This document shows, in pieces, positions 1 through 9,982 of a stretch of 64,000 bases of DNA (position 1 is its first letter; each line of letters begins with the position of its first letter). Both the position numbers and the translations under genes were made by a program. Under the pieces are notes generated by a model. That model saw only the letters and a program-made list of their open reading frames with translations, made no database searches and was not told the DNA's origin. The DNA is from Longimicrobiales bacterium. GTDB lineage: Bacteria > Gemmatimonadota > Gemmatimonadetes > Longimicrobiales > Gaopeijiaceae. The stretch is from assembly GCA_963664435.2 (NCBI GenBank), contig CAXXKM010000003.1, positions 384,001 through 448,000 on the forward strand, written 5' to 3'.

Positions 1-1720
1 GCAAACCCTGGTCATACCAATCGCGCAGGGTTGCAACGTCCCCTCCGAGCTGCCAGCGGCCGGTGGCCGGCCGGGTCTGCAAATACCACATGATTGCAAA
101 GTCGCCGTCCTCCCGCGCGACCTCGATGTCCGCAAATGTGCGAACGACACGGACGTTGGCGACTCTTCCGTCGCTGAACTGCTCCGGGTAGTTCCCCTGA
201 CCTGGATTCGTCATGCTCATGTCGATTCCGGTGATTTCCTTGATACCTCCCAGGTCGCGCCGTCCGTCCCCGGGGAAGAGCGTCCTTTCGCAGTCGGCGG
301 TGCAGTTTGGATCGACCCGGACCCCGACGTTCATGACATCGACGACATGCTGACGCGCGACGAAGTCGGCGGCCCACTCCATATCGATCACCCGAGCGTC
401 GCACGCTCGTCCAGTGACGGGGCAGAGGTCGAGCTCCAGGCTGTCGAAGTAGGCAAGGCGGTGGGGGATCGCCGAGGTGATGGTGTCCGCCATGCCTTCG
501 GTGATGCGGTCCCTGCGGTGCCTTACGGCCAGCCAGGCGCTGAAGCTCTCGGCCAGGTCCTCGCGACCGGGGTGATCCCTGGCATAGGTGGAGATGAACG
601 TGGGATCGGCTGCTTGCGCCGCCAGCCAGCCGGGTGCGTCTGCATGCGCGGAATCAAGCGACGTGTGGACACCTTCGTGTACGAAAATCTCCGGGAGGAT
701 CTCACGTTCCCGGTATTGTTGGCCGCGATCCGCGTGCACGAGCAGGGAGCGGTTGCCGCCGCCGAACGGCTCGTGGCCCCGGTGTATCCAGACGGCTTCC
801 ATATCCTCCCGCAGTGCAACCGGAATCTGGCCGATCGCGGGTGCGTAAGCGCGGGCTACCGCCTCGGCCTCCGTCCAGGTACCGAACTCCGGATTGACCT
901 GAAACTCGGCAAACAGCCCGTTGGCGAAGGTGACGTCGAACAGGTAGGCTTCGATTGTGATCCACCCGTGCCGCCGGTCGTAGACGAACCGCTCGCCACG
1001 GCCAGCCGGCTCGAGACCCACGAAATCAGTCGGATCCGATGGAACAATGACGTCAGGGTCCAGAAAGGCCGTCCCGCGATAAGGCGGAGCGTAGTTCGGA
1101 TTGGCCACGGCGATTCGGGCAGTTCCCTGGGCGCTCCCCGCGGTGCCGGTGATCGTTGTGGTGCCCTCGGCGATGCCGTGCACCAGTCCCGAGGGGTTCA
1201 CCGTCGCGACCGACTCATCACTCGATGTCCAGTTGAACTCCGCGCCTTCCACCCGCCGACCGTTCGCGTCGTACGCCTCCGCAGTCAGGCGCAGGGTGTC
1301 TCCGATGACGATCGTATCCGTGGTGGGCGACACCGTGACCGAATCCGCCGACTGCATCACGACCACGACTGCGGTGCCGGAGGCCGAACCCGCCGCGGTC
1401 ATGATCGTCGCTGTGCCGTTGCGCACGGCCGTCGCCAGCCCGGAAGCGTCCACCGTCGCGACCGAACCGTCGGCGCTCGACCACGTTACCGCAGCCCCCA
1501 CCATTTCCTGTCCATTCTGGTCTCGCACTTCGGCCGAGAACTGCTCCGTCGCACCCAGCGCCGCCAGTTCAGCGGTCGCCGGCGTCACCGCCACCGTCGT
1601 CGCGCGGCGCGCCTCAGGGGGTGGGGGAGAGGGCTCTATGGCTCCGTCGCCGCAAGCGACGGCCCAGCCTGCCATGGCCACCATCGCAAGCACCGGCACG
1701 ATGGTCTGCTGTGGGCTCAC
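1..1720 (-). CDS. Partial (runs off left edge) lipoprotein: two bacterial Ig-like repeats, HEXXH zinc-metallopeptidase domain, start of probable membrane-dipeptidase (M19)-like domain
   Basis: Manual translation of segments from GTG at 1720: lipobox AVA-C; Ig repeats (VTPATAELAALGATEQFSAEVRDQNG..VTWSSADGSVATVDASG); in-frame HEGVH..FISTYARDHPGREDLAESF; then VRTFADIEVAREDGDFAIMWYLQ..GGDVATLRDWYDQGL. Absent from the ORF track, consistent with no stop in the window. Confidence 0.75.
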   Translation of the reverse strand, partial: MSPQQTIVPVLAMVAMAGWAVACGDGAIEPSPPPPEARRATTVAVTPATAELAALGATEQFSAEVRDQNGQEMVGAAVTWSSADGSVATVDASGLATAVRNGTATIMTAAGSASGTAVVVVMQSADSVTVSPTTDTIVIGDTLRLTAEAYDANGRRVEGAEFNWTSSDESVATVNPSGLVHGIAEGTTTITGTAGSAQGTARIAVANPNYAPPYRGTAFLDPDVIVPSDPTDFVGLEPAGRGERFVYDRRHGWITIEAYLFDVTFANGLFAEFQVNPEFGTWTEAEAVARAYAPAIGQIPVALREDMEAVWIHRGHEPFGGGNRSLLVHADRGQQYREREILPEIFVHEGVHTSLDSAHADAPGWLAAQAADPTFISTYARDHPGREDLAESFSAWLAVRHRRDRITEGMADTITSAIPHRLAYFDSLELDLCPVTGRACDARVIDMEWAADFVARQHVVDVMNVGVRVDPNCTADCERTLFPGDGRRDLGGIKEITGIDMSMTNPGQGNYPEQFSDGRVANVRVVRTFADIEVAREDGDFAIMWYLQTRPATGRWQLGGDVATLRDWYDQGL

Positions 1721-2110
1721 TCCATCTCGATGCCCACGAGAAGGCCCGCGGCCACCGATCCCAGCTCGGTTCATCCCTCAAGTCTCCCTTGGTGGTGCAC
1801 CGGGGAGGTGCCTGGTGCAGGAACCGCGAGAAAGAATAGCATGGGGTGTAAGGAAGCTGCAGGAAAGGACTCGGAGCCTCGGGGCGCGACCTCGGAATGC
1901 CGCGCGTTCAGCGCAATGCTCACAGTGCGACTGTGGTGCCGCTGTACGCTACGCGGCATGGCCGCAATTGTCGTCAAGAGAGACCAACTCTCCGACATCA
2001 CCGGCTCGGCCCGGAGTCGCGGTCCGGCCCGCGCGGCCTCGTCCTTTGCGGTTCTTGTCGGAGACGGTACCTGAGCGATAGCGTTCCTCTCCCCCGAACA
2101 GGAACCAGCC

Positions 2111-2707
2111 ATGCCGCCGCGATACTCGAAACCTCCCGGCACCACCTACCAACTCCGAGTCGCTCTCAAGGGGACCAGGCCCCCGATCTGGCGCCGCTTC
2201 CTCGTCTCGCCGTCGATGAAGCTCTCCCGGCTGCACGATGTCCTTCAGGCCGTCATGGGCTGGTACGACAGTCACCTCCACATGTTCATCAAGGGCCGGC
2301 GGCGGTTCATGCTTCCCAACCCCTGGATGGATGACATGAGCCGGTCCGGCGAGCCCCGCTTCCTCGACGAGCGCAAGTACCGGGTCGATCAGCTCCTGAA
2401 GCGGGAGAAGGACTGGATCGAGTATCAGTACGACTTCGGCGACAGCTGGTACCACCGGATCACGCTGCAGAAGATCCTGCTTCGCGACCCCGCGGTACGG
2501 TTGCCGGTATGCATCTCGGGGAAGCGCTCCTGTCCACCCGAGGACTGCGGTGGAGTCTGGCGCTTCTACGAGATGCTGGCCATTCTCGCGGACCCGGAGC
2601 ACGAGGAATACGAGGAGATGGCGGAGTGGCTGGACCCGGACTTCGACCCTGAGGCGTTCAACGTCAAAGACGTCAACGAGACCCTCCGGGCGATGTTCGG
2701 CCGATGA
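2111..2707 (+). CDS. Plasmid pRiA4b ORF-3 family protein
   Basis: YQLRVALKGTRPPIWRR, YQYDFGDSWYHRI, CPPEDCGG motifs. Confidence 0.9.
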   Translation: MPPRYSKPPGTTYQLRVALKGTRPPIWRRFLVSPSMKLSRLHDVLQAVMGWYDSHLHMFIKGRRRFMLPNPWMDDMSRSGEPRFLDERKYRVDQLLKREKDWIEYQYDFGDSWYHRITLQKILLRDPAVRLPVCISGKRSCPPEDCGGVWRFYEMLAILADPEHEEYEEMAEWLDPDFDPEAFNVKDVNETLRAMFGR

Positions 2708-2770
2708 CGGTGGAGGATCGCGGGCAGGGCCGTGCGGTGCGAAGTGGACCTGCCCAGTTCTCGCGGACGG

Positions 2771-3718
2771 CTAAGCCCCCGATCTCCCCGGCTCCCGCGC
2801 ACCGTTCTCGACGAGCAGCTTCTCGCGTGCCTCATGATGGTTCCGGATGGCCCAGTCGAGCTGGTAGTCGAGCACCCGGCCCTTCCCCGACCGCCAGTTG
2901 ATCCGGTGCTCACAATTGAGCCCGTATTCAAGCAGCATTTCGAGGCAGCGGTCGTCGCGACTGAACATCCGGTTGTAGAGCGCCTGGCCGTCGTTGGGAT
3001 CAGCGCCCGCGTCGAGCAGGAGCCGGGCGAACTCCTTCCACTCCGGGTGCGGCGGCTGGTTGGCCGGGCCCTGCTCGCCCTCGCCGAAGGCTCCCGTCAG
3101 CGCGGTGAACCGGCAGTCACCGCCCCACATGTAGAAGGCATTTGGAGTCGCGCCGCGCTCGACGAGAAGGCGCGCCGTTGCGAGTGTCGACCGGTCAGGC
3201 AGATCGAGCCGGGAGTATGCGGCATAGAGCAGCGGCTCCCAGTCGAACCACCCGCCCCGAGCCTCAATGAGAGAGGGGTCGGCGTCGAGTATTCGCTCCA
3301 TCTCGTCCTTCTCGCCCACACATGCGGCGTGCCAGATGTCGCGCACGGCCAGTGATGGGTCGCTCAAGAGCATTTCGCGGGCCCGCCGCCGGAAGACCGG
3401 CCGATCATGGTGGTAGTTCAGGCACGCGAGGTGGAGGAAGTCCGCCTCTTCGGCGGGGACGGGCTGGTCGACGTGGGTCTCAAGTTGCCGCCAGGTGAGG
3501 AACCCGTAGCGGTGGGCGATCCGTTGGCGGGCGAGGCCGTCCGGGAGCCCCAGCGCGGTCGCCTCCTGCTCGATGGCCGGCAGGGTTGTGGGGGTGGGGA
3601 GGAAGTGGAGGGCAAGTGCCGCGGAGTTGCCGGGTTGGTCGCTCATGTGGCCAGCGTGCGACAGGTCGGCCGGTGACGCAAGGGAGCTCGCAGGGTTGCC
3701 GCCATCAGGGTTACTCAC
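2771..3718 (-). CDS. Ankyrin-repeat protein
   Basis: WEPLLYAAYSR, LLVERGATPNA, LLLDAGADPND repeats; start could be further downstream. Confidence 0.8.
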   Translation of the reverse strand: MSNPDGGNPASSLASPADLSHAGHMSDQPGNSAALALHFLPTPTTLPAIEQEATALGLPDGLARQRIAHRYGFLTWRQLETHVDQPVPAEEADFLHLACLNYHHDRPVFRRRAREMLLSDPSLAVRDIWHAACVGEKDEMERILDADPSLIEARGGWFDWEPLLYAAYSRLDLPDRSTLATARLLVERGATPNAFYMWGGDCRFTALTGAFGEGEQGPANQPPHPEWKEFARLLLDAGADPNDGQALYNRMFSRDDRCLEMLLEYGLNCEHRINWRSGKGRVLDYQLDWAIRNHHEAREKLLVENGAREPGRSGA

Positions 3719-6700
3719 CCAGCAAGCCGGAGGACCCGCCCCTGACGTCGTCCGGCACTCGCAGCAGAGACCCTTCGCGCAGGATCGTGCCCCGCTTCAC
3801 CAGCTCGTCCAGTACTTGCCGGAAGCGTCCTACGATCTTGGGGCCGGATCTCTTGAAGCCGAAGATGCGGATCGCCTCCCCTGCCGCGTCGGCGGGCCTG
3901 ATGCCGTAGCTCACCCGGACGGCGTGCACCAGGGCGGTCCCGACTTCCTCGGAGGCGATGCGGGCGGGGTTGCGGAGGGACGAAGGGATGTCGCCATCCC
4001 GGCGCCGTACCTCGACGGCTTCGTGCTCGAGCCGCCAGAGGAAGTCGTGCTTGTCGATCCTGTATAGTCTCCGCCTCGCGCCCGCCGTTACGCCCAGTCG
4101 CATCTGCGCACGGATGCGGGAGCCGGCGCGTCCCACCCCGGCAGCCTTGCGGATCCGGAGGATCACCTCGTCGAAGTGAACCGGGCTCTCCAACTGCACC
4201 ACCTGGGCGATCCACTTCGCCAGCCGGCCAGCGGGGATCTCGTGGAGCGGCGTGCTGAGGAAGCCGATGCCGGGTCGGGCCACTCTGTAGGGAGCCGTGG
4301 GCGCGGGAATCTCCGGTTCGGGCTCGGGCACGCACTCGAGGGGCTTCGGGGGCGAGGGCTTCGGCGCGGGCCGTGGCGCGCCGCTCATTCTCGCGGATCG
4401 GACCGCCGCCGCGACCCGTTCGAGTTCCTGCTGCGGGTTGCGGAACCAGTCGGTGCTCCAGATGCGGTGGATACGCCAGCCCAGCCCCTCCAACACCTGC
4501 TGCCTCAGGCGGTCCCGGTCGCGGGCGGAACGGGAGCTGTGGTAGGTGGCGCCGTCGCATTCGATGCCCAGGAGGTAGCGTCCGGGACGCTCGGGGTCGA
4601 CCACCGCCAGGTCGACGAAGAACCCGGCCGATCCCACCTGGTGGTCGACGTCGTGGCCCAGGGCGCGCAGCCGGGCGGCGACCGCTTCCTCGAACGGGGA
4701 ATCGGCCTCTTTTCCGCTCGCCTCGGGGACGTCGATGACTCCGTGTTGCGCGTACTCCAGGAAGGTCTTGAGCGCCCGCACGCCCCTCGCGCCGGAGCGC
4801 CTGAGGTCCAGATCCGCGCCGACGAAGTTGCAGTAGACGATGCAGCGCCGGCGGGCCCGGGTGATGAGCACGTTCAGGCGCCGCTCGCCCCCGTCGCGGT
4901 TGAGCGGTCCGAAGTTCATCGGCAGATAGGCGCCGTCGATCTTGCCGTAGCCGATGCTGATGAGGATCACGTCGCGCTCGTCTCCCTGGACGTTCTCCAG
5001 GTTCTTGACGAAGAAGGGCTCCTCGGGATGGGCGGCGAAGAACTCCTCGTGCGAGGGATCGCGGCGGCGCAGGATGTCGGCCTCGTCCTCGATGCGGCGG
5101 GCCTGGACGTTGCTGAAGGCCGCGACGCCCAGGGTGAGCTCGGGGGTCTCGCGGGCGTGCTTCATGACGGCCTGCGCGATCGTCTTCGCCTCGGCGGTGT
5201 TGATGCCCCGGCGCTGGTAGTCGGCGTCGGGATCGTGGCGGAAGAGGAGGCCGGTGTCGACCTTGCCGGCGTCGGGGCTCGGGAAGACCACCAGGCGATT
5301 GTCGTAGAACTCGTGGTTCGACACCGCGATCAGCGACTCGTGGCGGCTGCGGTAGTGCCAGCGGAGCATCCTCTCGCGGGCCCCCTGGGCGCAGAACATG
5401 CCCAGGATGCTTTCCAGGTCGGCGGTCCGGCTCGCCTCCTCTTCCCCGCCGTCGGCCATGCGGTCGAAGAAGCTGGTCGGCGGCAACTGTTTGCTGTCGC
5501 CCACCACGACCGTCTGCCTGCCCCGGATGATGGCCCCGAGGGCTTCGACCGGCCGGACCTGGCTCGCCTCGTCGAACACCACCAGGTCGAAGGCGACCGA
5601 CCCGGGCGGAATGTACTTGGCGATCGAGAGCGGGCTCATCATCAAGACCGGCTTGATGCTCTGGACCGCCCGGCCCGCCTCCCGCATGAGCCGGCGGACG
5701 GCCAGGTGGCGGGTCTTCTTCTGGAACTCCCGCCTGAGGACGCCCAGCTGGCCTCCGCCTTGGTGGCGCGGAAGCTGCTCCCAGTGGCGCTCGGCGATGA
5801 CCGCCCGGTTGCGGTGGAACTGCGCCATGTCCAGCTCGCGGAAGCGGTCGATGAGCCCCCCGTGGGTCGCCCCGTCGAACCGCGCCAGCGCCTCCTGTTC
5901 GCGGAAGGCCGCGTCCAGCCAGGCGGCGTAGCAGGCGTGCTCGAAGAGGGCGGCGAGCCGGCGGTCCGCGTCCGGGCGTGACGCCGCAGCTCCGGCCACT
6001 TCCGGGATGCGCATTTCGGCGGCCTGCTTCTCCAGCTGGTTGAAGCGCACCACGTCGTACATGGAGGGAACGCGGTTGAGCGCGGCCCTGAGCCAGGCAT
6101 CCAGGGCACCACAGGCGCGCTCCTCCAGTGACTCGCCGGGGTCCAGCCGCTCCGGCCGCAGCTCCATCACATCGGCGAGGGCGTCCAGCGCTTCCGCCAG
6201 CGCCTCCATCGCGCGTTCGCAGGCGTCGGCGGCGGCGCGGAGTTCGGCCGGGTCGGAGGGATCAGCGGAGGGCGGGCCCGCCGCGTACCCGGAGCGAGGC
6301 TCGCCGGAGTGTCCATGCAGGCGGTCCAGCAGGTCGTGTATCTCGTCGCCCACGAGCCCTGCGGCCTCGTCGCGATGCAGCTGCACCAGCCAGGCCGCGG
6401 CCTCCGCGAAGGCGCGGTGCTTCTCGGCCCGGTCGCCCAGGCTCAGCCCCGGGCACAACCGGCCGATCAGGTCCCCCGCTTCCTCGACTTCCCGCCGCAG
6501 GCGCCCCGCCTCCAGGATGGCGTCCACCAGCTCGAGCTGCTCCCGGACGGCGCCGGGCATCTCCCCTCGGCAGAGCCCCGCGAGCCTCCTGCGCGCGGCC
6601 CGGAACGGAACGGACAGGAAGCGCCACCACTTGCCGCCGTAGGCGCGCAGGGCCTGACGCTCCGCGAGCACATTCTCGTCCCAGGCCTCGGGGATGAGGA

Positions 6701-8612
6701 CGGCATCGTGCCGCGAGCGGAGCTCGGCGAAGGAGCGGGCGACCTCGGCCACCTCCTCGATGCGCGCGGCCTCGGCGACCCAACCCGGGCTGCGCTGATC
6801 GGCCTCCCCGAGCGCCGGAGCGTCCAGGGCCGTGCGCACGGTGCGGATCATCCGCTCCACGTCCGCGGGCTTCTGCTCCCCGAACGTCCTGTCGCGGCCG
6901 AGCCGCCCGATCAGCTCCTCCGCCTCCCCTCCCAGGCGGCGCAACGCCCCCGATGCGGCCTCCAGGACGTGGCGCACGGCATGCTCGTCGGTGGGCACGA
7001 AGTGGAGCCGGCCGCACGGCCACCACACGTGTTTGCACGGAACGCCGATCGCGCGCACCAGCTCCTGGAGCTCGCGCGCCACCTCGCGCCGGCGAATGAA
7101 CTGCTCGTCGCTCCACGACACCGAGTCCCCGATCGGGAGCCCCGGGCCGTCGACCTCCAGCCCATCCTCCCTCAGCTGCGCCAGACGGCCGACCAGGTCG
7201 TGCGGGGTCAGGCCGCTCCGTCCGACCGGCGAGTTGACCGCGCGCGCGTAGTCGTTCAGGCGATCCCGGGCCTCCTCGAGCAGCACCCCGTCCCCGGTCC
7301 CGCGCTCGACCTTCGGCCGGCCCATCGCCAGCGTGCGCTTCAGCTCGTCCAGCACGACGCGCTTGTTGGTCTTGTGGCTGTGCAGCTCCAGGCAGGCGTC
7401 GCCCAGGTGGATCGCGTCCAGGCGCCGCTTCACGACCTCCAGGGCGGCCATCTTCTCCGCCACGAAGAGGACCGTGCGACCGCCGGCCAGCGCCTCGCCG
7501 ATCAGGTTGGTGATGGTCTGCGACTTCCCGGTGCCCGGAGGCCCCTGGATCACCAGGTTGCGGCCCTGGATCGCGTCCAGAACCGCGAGCGTCTGCGAGC
7601 TGTCCGCGTCCATCACCGGATGGAGACCCGCCACCCCCTCGGCATCGTCGATGTGCTCGTCCTCGCCGATGTCGGGCGGCCCCGGCGCGAATCCGTCGCC
7701 GCCGAAGAGCTGCTGCACCAGCGGGTGATCGGCCGGCCGGCCTCCTTCCGGCCAGGTCTCGGCATCGAGGTCCTTGTAGATGAGCAGCTTGCTGAAGGAG
7801 AAGAAGTTCAGATGGACCTCGTCGTGCTCGACCGCCCAGCGCTCCCTGCGCGCGACCGCCTTCCCGACCCGCGACAGGTAGTCGTCCACGTCGAGATCTT
7901 CCTCGGCCGGCATCTCCGGCAACCGGATGCCGAAGTCCTGCTTGAGCTTGGCCTCGAGCGAGAGGTTCGCCTCGATGTCGTCCCCGGTCCACCTGAGCTT
8001 GAAGCTCTCCCGCACGCCGGATCTGTCGAGTTGCACCGGGATCAGGATCAGCGGCGCGCGGCGCGCGGTGCCGCTGCTCTCGGACTCGTACCAGCGGAGG
8101 ATCCCGAGGGCTAGATAGAGGATGTTGACCCCCTGTTCCTCGATCGAGAGGCGGGCCTGACGGAAGGTCTCGCGCAGGCGCAGATTGAGCGCGGCGCGGG
8201 CAAGCGCCGTCTGGAGCTTGTTGTCGGTGTGGCGCGCGGCGGCTCCGTCGGGGTCGTCGTCGGGCTCGCCCAGCATGGCGAGGAGCTCGGAGGGGACGTC
8301 GTCGAGGTCGTCCGTGGCATCGATGTCGTGCCTGGCGTTGAGGGCGTCCGTGGCCGGCTGTCCGGTTGCCGGGATCGCCGTCTCCGCGGAGGCGGGCAGG
8401 AAGTACATGACCCGCGGGCTCCGGGACGAGGATCCGTCGGGCACGGGACCGCCCACGAGGATCCGGAAGAGCTCGCGCGAGCGCTCGTCCACGACCTCTA
8501 TGCCGCGCCGCTTCGTCGGGCGGAAGTTGAGCAGCGGGTTCGTGAGGGAGAGATCGAGGACGTCGCGGCGGGATTTCTCGAGTTCCTGCCGGATCGAGGA
8601 GAGGTCGGTCAT
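3711..8612 (-). CDS. DUF4011 - SF1 (Upf1-like) helicase - Vsr-like nuclease - DUF3320 protein; Hhe-like antiphage protein
   Basis: LDLSLTNPLLNF (DUF4011), QGPPGTGKSQT, FDEASQ, VQGDERD, SPFEEAV..GIECDG..WSTDW; start chosen at ATG 8612 (frame open to 8831). Confidence 0.85.
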   Translation of the reverse strand: MTDLSSIRQELEKSRRDVLDLSLTNPLLNFRPTKRRGIEVVDERSRELFRILVGGPVPDGSSSRSPRVMYFLPASAETAIPATGQPATDALNARHDIDATDDLDDVPSELLAMLGEPDDDPDGAAARHTDNKLQTALARAALNLRLRETFRQARLSIEEQGVNILYLALGILRWYESESSGTARRAPLILIPVQLDRSGVRESFKLRWTGDDIEANLSLEAKLKQDFGIRLPEMPAEEDLDVDDYLSRVGKAVARRERWAVEHDEVHLNFFSFSKLLIYKDLDAETWPEGGRPADHPLVQQLFGGDGFAPGPPDIGEDEHIDDAEGVAGLHPVMDADSSQTLAVLDAIQGRNLVIQGPPGTGKSQTITNLIGEALAGGRTVLFVAEKMAALEVVKRRLDAIHLGDACLELHSHKTNKRVVLDELKRTLAMGRPKVERGTGDGVLLEEARDRLNDYARAVNSPVGRSGLTPHDLVGRLAQLREDGLEVDGPGLPIGDSVSWSDEQFIRRREVARELQELVRAIGVPCKHVWWPCGRLHFVPTDEHAVRHVLEAASGALRRLGGEAEELIGRLGRDRTFGEQKPADVERMIRTVRTALDAPALGEADQRSPGWVAEAARIEEVAEVARSFAELRSRHDAVLIPEAWDENVLAERQALRAYGGKWWRFLSVPFRAARRRLAGLCRGEMPGAVREQLELVDAILEAGRLRREVEEAGDLIGRLCPGLSLGDRAEKHRAFAEAAAWLVQLHRDEAAGLVGDEIHDLLDRLHGHSGEPRSGYAAGPPSADPSDPAELRAAADACERAMEALAEALDALADVMELRPERLDPGESLEERACGALDAWLRAALNRVPSMYDVVRFNQLEKQAAEMRIPEVAGAAASRPDADRRLAALFEHACYAAWLDAAFREQEALARFDGATHGGLIDRFRELDMAQFHRNRAVIAERHWEQLPRHQGGGQLGVLRREFQKKTRHLAVRRLMREAGRAVQSIKPVLMMSPLSIAKYIPPGSVAFDLVVFDEASQVRPVEALGAIIRGRQTVVVGDSKQLPPTSFFDRMADGGEEEASRTADLESILGMFCAQGARERMLRWHYRSRHESLIAVSNHEFYDNRLVVFPSPDAGKVDTGLLFRHDPDADYQRRGINTAEAKTIAQAVMKHARETPELTLGVAAFSNVQARRIEDEADILRRRDPSHEEFFAAHPEEPFFVKNLENVQGDERDVILISIGYGKIDGAYLPMNFGPLNRDGGERRLNVLITRARRRCIVYCNFVGADLDLRRSGARGVRALKTFLEYAQHGVIDVPEASGKEADSPFEEAVAARLRALGHDVDHQVGSAGFFVDLAVVDPERPGRYLLGIECDGATYHSSRSARDRDRLRQQVLEGLGWRIHRIWSTDWFRNPQQELERVAAAVRSARMSGAPRPAPKPSPPKPLECVPEPEPEIPAPTAPYRVARPGIGFLSTPLHEIPAGRLAKWIAQVVQLESPVHFDEVILRIRKAAGVGRAGSRIRAQMRLGVTAGARRRLYRIDKHDFLWRLEHEAVEVRRRDGDIPSSLRNPARIASEEVGTALVHAVRVSYGIRPADAAGEAIRIFGFKRSGPKIVGRFRQVLDELVKRGTILREGSLLRVPDDVRGGSSGLLGE

Positions 8613-8827
8613 GGGCGGGGGGGGGGGGTCGGGCAGGCCGGGCGGCGGGACGGGAGGCTGTACCGGTCGTTGGCCGGTCTGACGGGGGGCGTGGGAGAGG
8701 GACGGTGGGGAGGGTGCAGGGATTGGGGTTCGGGGCGCAAGGGTGGCGGGAGGGGTTAAGGGCTGTAATGCGGATAGTCGTCGTGGTATCCCAACGTTCC
8801 TTACCCTCTCGGGGTTAGCCAAGAAAG

Positions 8828-8862
8828 TCATGTCTACATCACATGATGTAATGTTGACATGA
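8828..8862. promoter_or_regulatory. AT-rich nested palindrome, candidate operator upstream of Hhe-like gene
   Basis: TCATGTCTACAT..ATGTTGACATGA (11/12 inverted match), overlapping TACATCA-CA-TGATGTA. Confidence 0.4.
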
Positions 8863-8950
8863 TATATCTGCTCCTCGGGTGCGGCGCTCGGCGGCGACTA
8901 CTGGCTGGAACCGGACGAATCCGAGTGGTCAGTCAGCGCTTGAGGGGGCT

Positions 8951-9163
8951 TCAAAGGAGTTCGCTGAAATGCCGTTCAGTAAGGCCGGCGTCTTGAACGA
9001 TGCCGCCCATCGTGAAGGCATTGACCGGATTGTTGCGCGGAACCGTAAGGATACCCTCGCCATCGGTCATGACGATGTGCTTGCCTTGGCGAGCGACCCG
9101 GAAGCCCGCCTTCTCAAGCGCTCACACGGCCCGGAGGTGGTTGACACCGGGTATCCTGGGCAC
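8951..9163 (-). pseudogene. hicA: HicA-family toxin with in-frame TGA at codon 14
   Basis: VPRIPGVNHLRAV*ALEKAGFRVARQGKHIVMTDG..VPRNNPVNAFTMGGIVQDAGL; TGA at 9122-9124. Confidence 0.8.
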
Positions 9164-9166
9164 GGC

Positions 9167-9364
9167 CTATACGGCGACCTCGATCTCGCGGATTTCCATG
9201 CCAGCGGCATTCTCGACTGCCACTTCCATGTACTCGCGGACCGCATCCGCGATGTTCGCCAGGGCTTCCTCTTCCGTCGTCCCTTGGGACGCGCAACCCG
9301 GGACGCCTAGAACCCAGACGGAGAATCCCTCTTCGGACTCTTCAAGGGCTACCCGGTATTTCAT
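9167..9364 (-). CDS. hicB: HicB-family antitoxin
   Basis: YRVALEESEEGFSVWVLGVPGCASQGTTEEEALANIADA. Confidence 0.9.
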   Translation of the reverse strand: MKYRVALEESEEGFSVWVLGVPGCASQGTTEEEALANIADAVREYMEVAVENAAGMEIREIEVAV

Positions 9365-9555
9365 CGTCCACCTCCAGGGTCATCCAGATCCAAGGCCTTC
9401 AACGAACGTTTCAATCTAGCGTCTTCAGGCGTAGCCCGCGCTGTTCACCCCCTCATGCGGAATCGTCGCAGACCGCCGCTCCGTTTGCTTGTCGGAGGCA
9501 GTGTCGTGCGATAGCGTTTGGGCGACAACTGATCACGCTGCAGGAGGCACGGGGA

Positions 9556-9829
9556 ATGGCGGGAAAGAGACGGCGGTTCACGCCGGAGTTCAAGGCGCGG
9601 GTTGCGCTGGAAGCGCGACAGCGTGCAGGAGACCGCCGCGCGGCCCGAAATCCATCCGACCCAGGTGAGCCGCTGGAAGCGGAAGCTGACCGAAGGACTG
9701 CCCGAGGTGTCGTCCGGGGACGCGGGCCGCAAGCTCGCCGAGGAGCGCGAGGCGGAGATCCGGGACTTGGAGACCAGGATCGAGAAACTCACGGACCAGC
9801 GGGATTCCCTTTCAGCGCGTGCTGGATAG
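9556..9829 (+). pseudogene. IS3-family OrfA (HTH) remnant, frameshifted; OrfB largely lost
   Basis: KRRRFTPEFKARVALEA continues in another frame as IHPTQVSRWKRKL. Confidence 0.75.
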
Positions 9830-9982
9830 CTGATGCAGGGTGCCGTGGGCGGCATCTCTGGAATGGGCAGCTTCAGCCGCATCTGCATGCGGGATACGGG
9901 TTCCACCGGTCTCCGTCCTGACGGTGGTGGATCCGGAGGGACGTGAGGGGCTGGTGAGCTTGTCAACGGGTCTTACTCGACC

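Noticed and set aside
347..2081. Long + strand ORFs (575 aa, 326 aa)
   Set aside because: Antisense shadows of the minus-strand Ig/peptidase gene
4176..8114. 601-aa + strand ORFs and Arg-rich alternative-frame ORFs
   Set aside because: High-GC shadows of the helicase gene; no motifs
9122..9124. TGA as selenocysteine or alternative genetic code
   Set aside because: Position is not an expected Cys site, and TGA terminates many genes in this window
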